A DNA stretch of 62,411 nucleotides, counting the filler, from Sanchytrium tribonematis (taxonomy: Eukaryota): NCBI GenBank assembly GCA_018985235.1. It is 6 parts of 6 records of this genome, joined end to end, with 100 filler letters (N's around TTAATTAATTAA, not from the genome) between each part and the next. Parts side by side here need not be neighbours in the genome. Positions count along the whole stretch, not along the records: positions 31,518 to 41,826 come from JADGIG010000302.1; positions 41,927 to 52,127 come from JADGIG010000303.1; 4 more parts are not named here. One strand, written 5' to 3'. Each line of letters starts with the position of its first letter. Within the stretch, counting starts at the first letter, position 1. Both the position numbers and the translations under genes were made by a program. The notes below the pieces were generated by a model. The model made no database searches. It saw only the letters and a program-made list of their open reading frames with translations, and was not told where the DNA came from. Shown piece by piece: positions 34,063 to 46,300 of the stretch.

Positions 34063-34656
34063 ATGAAACAAAAATTAAAGCAGGTGCTTGATTTTTGGTA
34101 CAAGACAGAGAAAAGAGAAGGTGCTGTATCCAAAGAACTCACAAAATTGTGGTATTATGGTGGTGTTGAGGTCGACAATGAAATACGTTCAAAATTTGGC
34201 CCGCTAATTGACGATGTAAAAAGTGCTGTTGAAAACGATATGCAATTCCTACTTAGCGATAGTAGAATTGCTTTGGCTGGAATAATAGTTTTAGACCAAT
34301 TCCCCAGAAATATTTTCAGAAAGACTGCTCGGGCGTTTTCGTATGATGTGAATGCGCAAAAATTAGTTAAGAAGGGTATTGAATCTGGATTAGACTTGCA
34401 GCTCCTACAGCTGGAAAAGCAATTTTTTTATATGCCTTTGATGCATTCAGAAGATGTTATTCATCATGAGCTTTTAATTCAAAAAATTAAAGATATGAAT
34501 GTTGCTGATGACGGATTTCTCAAATTTGAACTTGAGCACTACGAGATTGTAAAAAAATTTGGCCGGTATCCATATCGTAATGATGTTTTAAATCGTCAAA
34601 GCACAGACGACGAGATTGAATATTTATCTCAAAATAAAAGTAGTTTTGGACAATAA
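34063..34656 (+). CDS. DUF924 family protein
   Basis: VLDFW, IIVLDQFPRNIFR, FFYMPLMHSE, FGRYPYRN..L.R.ST..E. Confidence 0.9.
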   Translation: MKQKLKQVLDFWYKTEKREGAVSKELTKLWYYGGVEVDNEIRSKFGPLIDDVKSAVENDMQFLLSDSRIALAGIIVLDQFPRNIFRKTARAFSYDVNAQKLVKKGIESGLDLQLLQLEKQFFYMPLMHSEDVIHHELLIQKIKDMNVADDGFLKFELEHYEIVKKFGRYPYRNDVLNRQSTDDEIEYLSQNKSSFGQ

Positions 34657-34667
34657 AATTTATTCAA

Positions 34668-35042
34668 CTAATTGTTCACGCTAAATTTATGCTGACAATT
34701 AGGGCACGAGTAGAAAACCGTTGCTCCTTCATCTGCAGATCTTAGCTGCATTGTAAAAAATTCAAGTTCTGGATGCTGACATTTAGGACAATCCTGTTCA
34801 ATTGTCGCTAGTTTTTCGTCTCGATCTTGGACAAGTAGATCGTGATTAATAAATGCATTTGGCCTTGATTCTGTTGTTACTACCAAATCTTTTAAAAATT
34901 CGGCTTTAAAGCGGAATGAGCAGCATTTACAATTGAAATTATTATTTTTAGGAATATCCAGTAGGTTCTCGCATCTTGGACAAAACACCATTCCAGTCTT
35001 AGATGCTATCTCTTTAAACTCATCTGAAAGTTCGAATGTCAT
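34668..35042 (-). CDS. RPA12: RNA polymerase I subunit Rpa12
   Basis: FCPRCENLL, CPKC, QLRSADEGATVFYSC. Confidence 0.92.
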   Translation of the reverse strand: MTFELSDEFKEIASKTGMVFCPRCENLLDIPKNNNFNCKCCSFRFKAEFLKDLVVTTESRPNAFINHDLLVQDRDEKLATIEQDCPKCQHPELEFFTMQLRSADEGATVFYSCPNCQHKFSVNN

Positions 35043-35260
35043 GATTGGAAGTATTACTCCTCATATTAATTTTTAAACCACTTATATAAATTTTGATGGA
35101 AATAACAGCACTGCTTCATTAACTGAATGAGTTCGATTAACACATAAGGTTACATAAAATCCTACTTTTGGCGCATTTTAAAAACACAAGGTTCACAATA
35201 GGAACTTTATTGTACAAGGAGAGTATCGATACGATAAAAAGATTCAAGGGTAGCCTTTGG

Positions 35261-36202
35261 ATGCTTTGGATTTCGATATTACATGCCAAATACTGCAAAA
35301 CTAATAATCCTTCCGAAGCAATGCTAATTAATGTCTCGCCACATATTGAAAAACGAGACACACTTTCAACTATGCCACAAATTGCACAATTTAATATGCA
35401 ATCACGACATATCGTTCCCGTATTTTGGCACGTTATTCACGACGAAGCGATGCATAAATTAACGGAGGGGACCATAATACATCAAATTAACAAACTCAAT
35501 GAAGCATACAAAAACACCACCATTTATTTTCAATTAAGTGGAATTAATTATGTCAATTCAAAAGAATTGGTTCATTTAGAATGCTGTGAGACTGAAAAAG
35601 AGAAGCAAATGAAGTTAAAATATCGGCAAGGGACCAAGGCAGTCCTAAATATTTACTCGGCTGACTCGGGCTACCATGAGACCTATATGTACATTTGGAA
35701 ATCCAAAAAGTCGAGCGTGTCTTGGTCAACTTTTCCAGACTCAGAAATTGCTCAAGATGGTGTAGTAGTATCAACAGACAGACTCTCTTATGACAACCAA
35801 GTGCCTTCCACATTAGTGCATGAAATAGGGCATTGGCTTGGTTTGCTTCATACGTTTAGAGGCGGTTGCAATGACGAGTTCGATGATTATGTCACTGATA
35901 CTGCTAAAGTGGATGAAAAATCGAGAACCAGCCAGTGGGGACGAGCTGCTGTATCATGGTCTTATCAGTGTAATGCCTTGATTGATACTTGTCCAAATTC
36001 TCCTGGCACGGATAACATTTACTCTTACATGGACTATACCAATTGTCGAAGAATGTTTACTTTGGGACAAAGAGACAGGATTGAATATTTTAGAGCACAA
36101 TATCGGCCTAGTCAATTGAGTTGCACTGTAAGCCAGTGCTCTCCAGTAACACCAACTTTATATCAAAGCATTTTACCAAGGTTGGCTGTGGCAAATCAAT
36201 AA
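35261..36202 (+). CDS. Secreted M43 (pappalysin-type) zinc metalloprotease
   Basis: VPVFWHVI, HEIGHWLGLLHTF..GC, DYVTDT, YMDY; start moved to MLWIS. Confidence 0.88.
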   Translation: MLWISILHAKYCKTNNPSEAMLINVSPHIEKRDTLSTMPQIAQFNMQSRHIVPVFWHVIHDEAMHKLTEGTIIHQINKLNEAYKNTTIYFQLSGINYVNSKELVHLECCETEKEKQMKLKYRQGTKAVLNIYSADSGYHETYMYIWKSKKSSVSWSTFPDSEIAQDGVVVSTDRLSYDNQVPSTLVHEIGHWLGLLHTFRGGCNDEFDDYVTDTAKVDEKSRTSQWGRAAVSWSYQCNALIDTCPNSPGTDNIYSYMDYTNCRRMFTLGQRDRIEYFRAQYRPSQLSCTVSQCSPVTPTLYQSILPRLAVANQ

Positions 36203-36246
36203 AATTTTATGACAGAGGAGATTTTGAAACATTACAATTTCATTTC

Positions 36247-37324
36247 ATGATTGCCCCTCCGCCAAAAATTAGGCCACCAAACAGGCCAAAACCTAAGAAG
36301 GCGGTCGTTGCTGCAGTAAGAAAATCGCCATTTACACAGGGTCTTAATATAAGAGTTATACCTGCCATAATTCCATTTAAAAATTACAGAATTGTAGAAA
36401 GTTATGCAACTCATATGAGAATGGACGAAATTTCGCATTATTTAAGAAAGAAGCTAGTCACTCCCAATGAAAGTGATCAATACCCACAAGAACACAGAAA
36501 GCGCCAAAAAATGATGGAAACTAGAGACAGACTGTGCGTTTATGCCAAGATGTTGAATCCGAGATTCATTCCTCCAGAAGACATGAAAACAGATGCAAAA
36601 TTAGAGGAGCGAATATTTTTGCCTGTAAATCAATTTCAAGGTATTAATTTTATGGGCGTATTAATTGGACCTAGAGGTCAAACTTTGAAATTGATTGAAA
36701 AGGAATCGGGTGCCAAAATATCAATTAGAGGCAAGGGCGCTGTTAAAAGTGGAAAAATCGATGCACATCAGGTTGATGCTGATTTGGACCAAGTATTTCG
36801 AACTTATTTAGCACGTGACTATAATGGCAAGTAGTTGGGACAAAATTAAAAAAGCCTCAAAGATGGTTAACAATATAATAGAGAGTGCCATCGCGGTTCC
36901 AGAGGCTCAGAATATGCTTAAGAAACAACAATTAAGAGAGCTGGCTGCCATGAATGGAACTCTAAGAGATGATGAAATAACAAATCTTGAGAAAGTAGAT
37001 ATGGCACAGCTCATAACTGGAGAGGAATCAAAGCAAAAGCAGTGCCCGATTTGCAAAGAAGAGCATTCTGCGACAGACTGTCCAAACAAAGCAAATCCTG
37101 ACTTTTCTAATAAAGTCGCGGATCAGGAAGCAATGTTAGATGAAGAATATAGAAAATTAATGGGATTTATTGGAGAATCGGCAGAGGCCGTTGATCAACA
37201 GGTGGAAGATGACAACGAAGATGATATTCCGCCTTGGAGAAAAGATGAAATGGAACAAAGTACAATGGTAGATGACCCGTATTTAGCATTTTACGGCGGG
37301 ATTATGCCAGTCATGCCTGGATAG
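36247..37324 (+). CDS. MSL5: Branchpoint-binding protein SF1/BBP (exons 36247-36792 and 36812-37324)
   Basis: KH NFMGVLIGPRGQTLK..SIRGKG, QUA2 LKKQQLRELAAMNGTLR, zinc knuckle. Confidence 0.92.
36793..36811 (+). other. 19-nt spliceosomal intron
   Basis: gtatttcgaacttatttag; restores the KH strand DQ|HVTIMA. Confidence 0.9.
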
Positions 37325-37373
37325 GCTGTTGTCAATAAATTATTGGAGCTCCTTCAAACAGTTTTGCTTAATA

Positions 37374-40300
37374 ATGGAAGTCGAACGAGCGGCGAGTCTC
37401 GGATTACGAAATCGAGCGAAAGTCAAATATGACATAGAAGAAGATAATAGCGATGAAAATATAGATATAATGGAAGTAGATGACGATTTTAGAGAGCAAA
37501 GAATTATATCATCAAGCTCTGAGGAGGATGTGGTGGTAGAAAATGATGATGCTGATTTTCGTAGATTTAGCGACCGCAAGAAGCCTAAAAAATCCAAGGC
37601 AGATGTCTGGAATAGCGATGTCGAAGACGAAGAGGATGAGAATGAAATTGATAGTGAAGAAGGAAATGAGGACCTGTTGGACGAAAATCAAGAAGAATAT
37701 TACGAGCCTATTGCACTACGGAAAATCGAAAAAGTTTTAGATTTTCGAAAGGTAAAGGATGAAGAGGAAGACTTCGAAGTAACAGAATATCTTATAAAAT
37801 GGAATGACGCTTCATACCTTCATGTCGAGTGGAAAGAATTATCCGAACTTCGAACTATCGGAGGCTATAAGAAGGTTATTAATTTTATCAATACTGTTCA
37901 AAATGCAATGTCTGAACTTGATGTTGAAGATTTAGAAGATTTACTTATCGAACAAGAATTTATGAGACAAAGATTGAAAGATTTCCAAACCCCTGAAAGA
38001 ATTTTGGATGTTGATGAAGAAGAAAGGTATTTTGTAAAATGGTGTTTGTTGGAATACAGTGAATCTACATGGGAGGACGGTACTACTATAAGCGAATTGG
38101 CGCAGGATAAAATTGATCAGTTTTTATTAAGACAAAGTAGTACGACAATGCCCACAGATTCCAGAAAATATGCAAAAAATAAACGTGGAAAGCTTATATT
38201 AGAGTCCCAACCAGACTATATACCAAACACTCTCAGAGATTATCAGCTTTTAGGTGTGAATTGGATGGTGTACCAGTGGACGAAAGATCAAAATGGGATT
38301 TTGGCCGATGAAATGGGCTTGGGTAAAACAATTCAAACAATATCATTTTTGAATGTCTTATTTAACTACTACCAGGTATATGGACCATTTTTAATCGTTG
38401 TTCCTTTAAGCGTGATGAATTCTTGGATGAAAGAATTTGCTATATGGGCCCCTGATTTGGATGTAGTAGCCTATCTAGGCTCGCAAAACTCCCGACAGAT
38501 TATCAGAGAATCTGAGTTTCTCGACAATGGCCAACCAAAATGTAATGTGTTATTGACTACTTATGAAATGATTTTGAAGGATAGAGATTTCCTAGGGGTC
38601 ATAAAATGGGCATATTTGGCGATTGATGAGGGCCATCGTTTAAAAAACTCCGAGTCACAGATACACGAATGTCTCTCTTCATTTAGCACCAAAAATCGAT
38701 TGATCATAACTGGAACGCCATTGCAAAATAACATGCAAGAGCTCAAGTCTTTAATAGATTTTTTGATGCCTGGCAAAGTCACAGAAATGGACGGGTTTGA
38801 ATTAGATTATACCGATAACGATTCCGCGAAAATTAAAAAAATTCATGATAAGTTGAAAAAGTATCTTTTAAGAAGAGTCAAGAATGACGTGGAAAATTTG
38901 CCATCAAAAACTGAGCTCAATTTAAGAGTACCCATGACTGAATGGCAAATGAAGCTATATCGTGAGATTACTTCTAAAAACTATGTTGAATTAGCAAGAT
39001 CGTTAAAAGATTCCCGGGTTTCGCTTTTGAACATTATGATGGAAACCAAGAAATGTACTAACCATCCTTATTTACTTCAAGATGATTATGAAATTGGAAG
39101 CGACGAAGCTTTGCAAAAAATGATTAATTGTTGTGGAAAATTGACTTTATTGGATAAATTGTTGACTAGACTTTTTGAAAGCGGTGATAAAGTGCTTATT
39201 TTTAGCCAAATGGTTAAAATGTTGGATATTTTAAGTGATTACCTCAAGCTTAAAAAATTTAAATTTCAGCGATTAGATGGCAGCGTAAACTCAAGTGATA
39301 GAATCAAGGCAGTTGACAGATTTAATGCTCCTGATTCTACTGATTTTGTGTTTTTATTAAGCACAAAGGCTGGGGGTCTTGGTCTTACTTTAACTGCAGC
39401 AAATAATGTTATTATATATGACAGTGATTTTAATCCCCAAAATGATTTGCAGTAATTTTTAATAATTTAGAGCAATGGCTCGCAGTCATCGTATAGGTCA
39501 AACTAAATCTGTAACAGTTTACAGACTGATTGCAAAAGACACAATAGATGAAGAAATTATTGAAAGAGCACGGAGAAAACGAATTTTAGAATTTTGTCTT
39601 ATTAATAATTTAGATGCGAGCTCGTTAGGAATTAAAAGCAAAGGACCTAAAGTCGGGAAAACTGATTTTACCCGAGAGGAACTAAATAGTATTCTCAAAT
39701 TCGGTGCCCAAAATATGTTTAAAGATATGAAAGCTGAAGAAGTTGACTTGGATAAAATTTTATCAACGGCTGAAAAGCTGGATACGGAAGAACTTGCGAA
39801 AGGCACGTCGCATGTTGGTGATGAGTTTTTAGCACAATTTAAGGTTCAAGACGTTGGTGATATAGAATGGGATGATATTATTCCACAAGATATCAAAGAT
39901 CAGGCAGCCACAGAAGCTTTTTTGCAAAATGAAAGTGAACTATTGGGTCAGCGTAATAGAACCCAGGTAAACTACAATTTGACAAAACTCTTCAACGAGC
40001 AGGAAAAGGCGTCTCTCACAAATTCCAATGTTACAAAAAAAGAGAAAAAAACTAGAACTGGTGGAGACATGCTTTCAGAGCGCGAATTGCGATCAATTGC
40101 TAGAGCTTTGATGAAATTCTCTGCGATGAGGACCTTAGACATAAAGCGCGAATGTGGACTGGAAACAGTTTCTGATGCCAAAATAAGTGAAACTATTTCT
40201 GGAATGTTATCAGCATGTAGAGAATCTCTTAAAGCAGCAAATTCTCCTGAGGCTGAAAAAAAGGCGGAAACAGTGTATTTAAATATCAAAATTAAGCATC

Positions 40301-41058
40301 CACGACCTTTGATTCATAGAAGCGAATTGCTTGACTTTTTAGAAAAGTATGTTGACGAAAGAGAACCTAGTCAATTTCGAATTCCTATTAAATTGGATAA
40401 AGTGTCACATAATTGGCAGATTAAGTGGACAACCATTGACGATGCTATGTTGCTTTATGGTACATACAGGTATGGGTACGGGAATTGGAAGAAAATCGTA
40501 GAGGACGAAGAATTGAAATTAGACAAAATCAAATTCCAAGATCCGAAAAGCCCAAATGAAGATCAAGTCGCCCGCCGATGTGAATCGCTGCTTGAGAGTA
40601 TTAAGAAAAATGGCAAACCCGTTAAGCGCAAAGCAACTGTTGCAGAAAAATCAAATACCAAGAAACCTAAGTTGCAAAGCTCACCTAAAGTAGAAGGCAA
40701 GCTAACCAAAGAAAAATCTGCCTCTGATATTTTGAGGCCAATTACAAGAGACATGACTACGTTTTCAAAGAAAATTAAGAGAGAAAAACTCAAGTCGGAG
40801 AAAATCAAGGCAACAAAAGACTTTTTGACAAAATTTGGGTCTTTTATTAACGATACCTGCATAGAAAACAAGTATGATCGCGAATTTGAACTGTCTCTTT
40901 GGGACGAGTTAGCTGTTCATTGGCCTAACAATGAAAATAGAAGTGTTGAAGGATTTAAATTACAAAAAATGTTTTTGAAATTGACTGGCCATACTGAAGT
41001 AGAAACCAAAAAAGGCTCTAAATCTGGCGAACAGAGAAGAATATCTGATGTACTGTAA
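37374..41058 (+). CDS. CHD1: Chromodomain helicase CHD1/Hrp (exons 37374-39451 and 39471-41058)
   Basis: Double chromodomain, ILADEMGLGKT, DEGH, NPQNDLQ|AMARSHRIGQ, SANT-SLIDE. Confidence 0.95.
39452..39470 (+). other. 19-nt spliceosomal intron
   Basis: gtaatttttaataatttag; CA|A gives the invariant NDLQAMARSHRIGQ. Confidence 0.93.
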
Positions 41059-41131
41059 TAAATCATTTTGTAAATTAATAAGTCGAAACTATATTTTTTT
41101 AATGTTTCAACAAATGTGAAACTTAGGTTTT

Positions 41132-41826
41132 ATGTTAAGTAAAACTACTCAAAATCTAATTCAGCCGATAAGTGATTCGGTTGCCGAATTAACTGTCGTA
41201 GCCAGCAATGCTCAGGTTCATAAAACTCCAATCCCAAATCTTACTGCGGTTTCTCAACCAGTTAGTGACAACGTCAAAAATTTGGTGGTCGCTGCTAGAA
41301 AAACTCTTGAGCATAGTATAATTCAGAGCAAATCTTTTTTAAGAGGCACTTTGGAAATTGAACACGAAAACAAAATTAAGGAATTGTTACCGAAGATTGA
41401 TCAAATCGGAGTGCGAGCAAATCAATCTGGCAACTCTCTCGTTAAAAATTGCGAGGAACTTGCAAAATCTCCCTTGGACCCAGAATATTTAAATGGTTTG
41501 GTGGAATGCCTGAAGACCATTTTATTATCAACCCAAGATCTCTTGAATATTTGGGACGAGTCAGAAGTTTTAAGAATTTTAAGTGTGTCCAAAAGCTTAA
41601 GAGAAAGAATAGGAATTTTGCGGGAGAGCGATTTTGCTAGTTTTGTCAAGGCTCCACAGCAATTATTAGAGGTCACCAAGCCAGTCTACCAATTGGCAGT
41701 GATGCTAATGCAATTGGTCAAAACGAGAGCAGCTGAGCTTTTGTACCCAGCCGTCGGCCAGTTTTTAGAGTCCAGAATCTTCTTATTATCGCAAACTTCT
41801 CCACTTTTAATTGCAATTAGCAAATG
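41132..41826 (+). CDS. Vinculin/alpha-catenin family protein (3' truncated)
   Basis: KTTQNLIQPI...IPNLT....V...V.NLV matches the vinculin D1 head; LLNIWDESEVLRI. Confidence 0.8.
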
Positions 41827-41926
41827 NNNNNNNNNNNNNNNNNNNNNNNNNNNNNNNNNNNNNNNNNNNNTTAATTAATTAANNNNNNNNNNNNNNNNNN
41901 NNNNNNNNNNNNNNNNNNNNNNNNNN

Positions 41927-43327
41927 GTCAAAAAAATTACATGTTGTAATATTGCACCAATTCAAGGATCGAGTCAACCAGCTCAACCGGAACAAAAACA
42001 GCCGGAGCAAGCTGCTCAACCAGAACAACCTTCTCAGCCTGAGCAAAAACAATCTGAACAATCATCTCAGCCAGAACAGAAACAAGCTGAACAAGCTCAA
42101 CAAGCTCAACCTGAACAGCCAACTCAACCTGAACAAAAGCAAACTGAACAAGCCCAATCTGAACTACCAGTGCAACCCGGACAGGTTCAATCTGAACAAC
42201 CTTCACAACCTGAAGCACCTGTTGCGGTTGTCAAGCAACCAGACCAAATCCCAACATCAAATCAACCGGACCAAGCTTCCCCTCAAGTCGACCAACCTGC
42301 ACAAGAACAAAAAGTTACTGTCCCAAACGCTCCTGGTTCCATAATTCCTCAAACGCAACCAGAACAGCAACCAGAACAGCAACCAGAACAGCAACCAGAG
42401 CAACAACCAGAGCAACAACCAGAACAGCAACCAGAACAGCAACCAGAGCAACAACCAGAACAACAACCAGAACAGCAGCCTGAAGTACAGCCTGAGTCTG
42501 AACCTTTGCCGGAACAAAAACCAGAGTATTCTGCCCCACTCACTGGCTATGGTTACAAACCACAACCACAACCTGAATCCGAGCCTGCATCTGAACCAGA
42601 GTATCAACCAGAATATGAGCCTGAGACTGAACCCGAAACTTCGCCTTCTTATAATGCACCATTAACTGGCTACGGCTATAGACCCTCTGCTCCGGCGTAT
42701 GAACCAGAGACCGAACCTGCAAGCGAATATCCAAATTATGGAGGATATCCTCAGTATCCAAGCTATGGAGGGTACCCATCCCCTGCTTACGCCCCTAGAT
42801 ATAATGGATATGGTATTCAGCCGATTGGTCACCAGCCTTTTGTGCCTACTGCTGAGTATGGCTCTCCACAACCTGAATACTCTGCCCCTGTCCCTGAACA
42901 CGCCTCTTACTACCCAACACCTGGATATCGACATATTCCAGTACCTTCGGTAGAACACGCTTATCAACCTTTGCCTGAAGTTGAGCATGCTTCACAACCA
43001 ATTCCTGAAGGTCGCCCGGAGGTCTCTCCTGAGCACGAACCTTCTCCTGAGATTCCTACTTCTCCTGAACACTCCATTCCTGAGCCAGAAGCCCCCATTC
43101 CAAGTTCGCCTGAAACTTCGCCAGCCAAATGCAAGAGAATTATAAGACGTAAATGTAAAAAGAGACAATCATCTGGTTATAATTACAAGCCTTCTCCAGA
43201 ATCTGAGCCAGAATCTGAGCCAGAATCTGAACCTATCAGCGAACCTGAAAATGAACCTATAGCCGAACCAGAGAGTGAAAGCGGTCCTGCAAAAGAGATT
43301 ACTGCAAAAGATTCTCACAAACATTAA
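41927..43327 (+). CDS. Q/P/E/Y-rich low-complexity protein, probably extracellular (5' truncated)
   Basis: Frame of ORF 42170 is open to the contig edge (VKKITCCNI...); QPEQ, EPES and YSAPLTGYGY repeats. Confidence 0.75.
   Translation, partial: VKKITCCNIAPIQGSSQPAQPEQKQPEQAAQPEQPSQPEQKQSEQSSQPEQKQAEQAQQAQPEQPTQPEQKQTEQAQSELPVQPGQVQSEQPSQPEAPVAVVKQPDQIPTSNQPDQASPQVDQPAQEQKVTVPNAPGSIIPQTQPEQQPEQQPEQQPEQQPEQQPEQQPEQQPEQQPEQQPEQQPEVQPESEPLPEQKPEYSAPLTGYGYKPQPQPESEPASEPEYQPEYEPETEPETSPSYNAPLTGYGYRPSAPAYEPETEPASEYPNYGGYPQYPSYGGYPSPAYAPRYNGYGIQPIGHQPFVPTAEYGSPQPEYSAPVPEHASYYPTPGYRHIPVPSVEHAYQPLPEVEHASQPIPEGRPEVSPEHEPSPEIPTSPEHSIPEPEAPIPSSPETSPAKCKRIIRRKCKKRQSSGYNYKPSPESEPESEPESEPISEPENEPIAEPESESGPAKEITAKDSHKH
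42356..42487 (+). repeat. Coding 12-nt tandem repeat (CAACCAGARCAR, about 11 copies)
   Basis: Encodes (QPEQ)10-QPEV. Confidence 0.9.
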
Positions 43328-43392
43328 AATCTAACTATTTTGAATAAACTAAATTTAAAATGATATTATTTAATAATTTTTGATACACCTGT

Positions 43393-46300
43393 ATGTACAT
43401 TGTGTCCACTCAGTTAAAACACTTTAAAAGTTACCAGGATTGCGAAATAGAAATTCAAAAAGGGTTAAATGTAATATGTGGAAGAAACGGATCTGGAAAA
43501 TCCAATTTTTTCTGGGCTTTGAGGTTTGTTCTAGGAGAGTCTTATATGCACTTATCTAAGCAAGAAAGGCAATCTTTAATCAAAGATGGGGAAACGTTTG
43601 CATTTGTCCAGGTCAAGTTTGATAACGCTGATCGCCGTTTTCCCACTGATTCTGATGAAATGGTTTTGAGAAGAACTATTTCTTTAAAAAGAGACGAATT
43701 TACAGTTGATGGTAAAAACTTGACTAAAACCGAGATTAGTAATTTGTTGGAAGCCGCTGGATTTTCATCTTCTAACTCGTATTACATTGTGCCACAAGGT
43801 AAAGTTACATCTTTATGCCATGCAAAGGATAATGAAAGATTACGAATTCTAAAAGAAGTAGCGGGAACACAAACCTATGAAGATAAGAAGTCTGAATCCG
43901 AAAAAATATTTGAAGAAACTAATTTAAAAAAATTAAAAATTGATGAAATGCTTGAAACTTTGGATGGTAGAATTCAAGAACTCGAGGAAGAGAAAGCTGA
44001 ATTAATGAAAGTCGTCAAACAAGAGGAAGAAAAAAAAGCTCTTTTATATAACCTATACGAATTTGAATTAGAGGAAATAGAAGTGTTACTAAATGAATGG
44101 AATGATAAAAAATTGTTGACTCATAATACTGCTGAGTCCGATTTTAAAGGGACTAAAGAAATTGAAGATGCTCTTGAAAAATTGCATACACTTTTAAGGA
44201 AGAAAAAGCTAGAAATAAGTCTTCTAACCAACGAAATCGAAGAAATTACCGAAACTTTGGACAATCTTAATACTGAAAAGACTAAATTGTCTTGCTGGCT
44301 AACAGATGTGAGCGATGAACCATTGGATATGATTGTATCAAAATACCAGTCCCTAAACAAGGAAATTGATATAATCAAAAACAAAATTTCGGTTGAAAAT
44401 TTGAATTATATCAAGTCAAAGGAGACCGTTGATCAACTAATAACCGAGATTAATAACGTACAAGCTAAACGAAACGCTTTACTTTGTCGAACCGGCATAT
44501 CTCGCTTCGAAAACGAATCTGAACGTTTAGCATTTATAGAATCAGAAAAGACGCGCTTATCTGACTCAATTAAATCCACTCAAGATCACGTTGAATTTTT
44601 AAACACTATTCTGAAAGAGAAATCCAAGGAAATCGACACTTTATCCGAGAAAATGATCATTCCAGTGGAAACATTAGACGAAGAATATCAAAAATGCTTA
44701 GAAGAAAAAAGAATGAAATGGAGAAAGCAGAAAGAGTTTAGATTAAAATTGGATTCCTGGAATGATCAAAAACGAGATCTTAAAAACGATCTTCGAAAAA
44801 CCTGTGACTATAATTTAATTATGTGTATTGAAAACTGTGAAAGCATTGTTAAAGAATTGAAATTAGAGGGTTATTATGGTCCACTTTTTCAACTTATCGA
44901 TGCGCCTGAAGAGCTCAATACGGTAATAGATGTTGTTGCAAACAATACATTGCTTCATATTGTTGTTGATACCGAAAAAACCGCAGAAATCATTATGTCT
45001 GAATTCAAAAGAAGAAACTTGGGTAGATGTACTTTTATGCCACTAAATCGAGTAAGGAGCAAAATCTATAGCTATCCTGACTCCGATGAAGAAGCTGTAA
45101 GTTTGAAGTCACTCTTGACGTACGACAATAAATTTGAGCCAGTGATAAATCAAGTATTTGGCAAACAGCTTGTTTGTAAGGAAATCGATAGTGCGAAAAA
45201 ACTCAGTAGAATGACAGATTGTGACTGCCTGACATTAGATGGAACCAAAATTGAAAGAAGGGGACCCATCACTGGAGGATTTTATGGCACCAAATCTAAA
45301 TTTCATTTTTTAAAAGAGAGCAAAAAAATTGATTCTAACCGCAATGAATTAGAAATTCTTTTAAGTAATCTGGATGAGGATTTGCGTCAATTAGAACAGC
45401 AGAGCCAAATTTATTATGTTGATATAAAAAACCAAAAATTACAAAACCAGAAATTAGAGACTAGTAGGGATTTGTCAGCGAACAAAATTAACATTCTAAG
45501 AAAGCAAGAAAAGAACATACAAGAAAAGATTGCTGAGCAAATTTTAAGGCTTCAAAAAGAAAAATCCGCTTTGGATAGCATTGTAGAACTCTCGAAGCCT
45601 GCTGACCATTCACAAGACAAAAAAGAACTTGAACAAGCAAATGCTTTTTTATTAAAAAAAGAGACAGAATTTAAATCAAAAAAAGCGATCTTTGAAAATT
45701 TGGAACGAAAAATGGCACACTTTTTGAGTGAGCAGAATCGAATCTCTGTTCTCCTTGAAGAGCAATCAAATAAGATTAATGCTGCAAATGGAAGATCCAA
45801 ACTAGACATTAAAAATACTTTGTCACAAGTAGCTGATCAAATAGAACTTTACAATGAAAAACAATCTAAATTAAGGAGCGAATTGAAAAAAATGAATGTG
45901 GAAATCGAAGACAATCTCAAAAAAATTGATACTTACGAAAGACATCTACAGTCTGTCTCAGCTGAGTCAACAAATACCAAACAAGAATTGGATGCGATTT
46001 ATGAAAAGATTTCTTTCTTTTTAGAGAAGAAGAATCGAATAACTAATAGCATTAAAGAGCTTGGAGTTCTTCCAAGCAAATCTATGATAAAAAAATTCAA
46101 GTATGACGATAAAACCAAAATTGCTAAGAAATTGAACCAAATTGAAAAAACAAGTTTGAAAAATATTCATGTGAATAGAAGAGCAACAGAGCAATATGAG
46201 GAGTTTCAAGAGCAAAGAGTTAGTCTTGTAGATAGAAGAGAAGATCTGGAAAACAGCTCTTCCTCAATTACTGACCTAATTTTAGAAATGGATAAGAAAA

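Noticed and set aside
39452..39470. Stop-codon reassignment (TAA/TAG=Gln) or programmed frameshifting to explain split genes
   Set aside because: TAA ends conserved proteins at the expected C-termini, and the breaks change frame and are resolved exactly by GT-AG excision
42356..42487. Tandem array as CRISPR
   Set aside because: 12-nt head-to-tail coding units, no spacers, eukaryotic context
42349..42543. Metallothionein/keratin-associated-like (CCSG)n ORF, and LLFW/VAVL repeat ORFs
   Set aside because: Antisense and alternative-frame shadows of the coding QPEQ repeat
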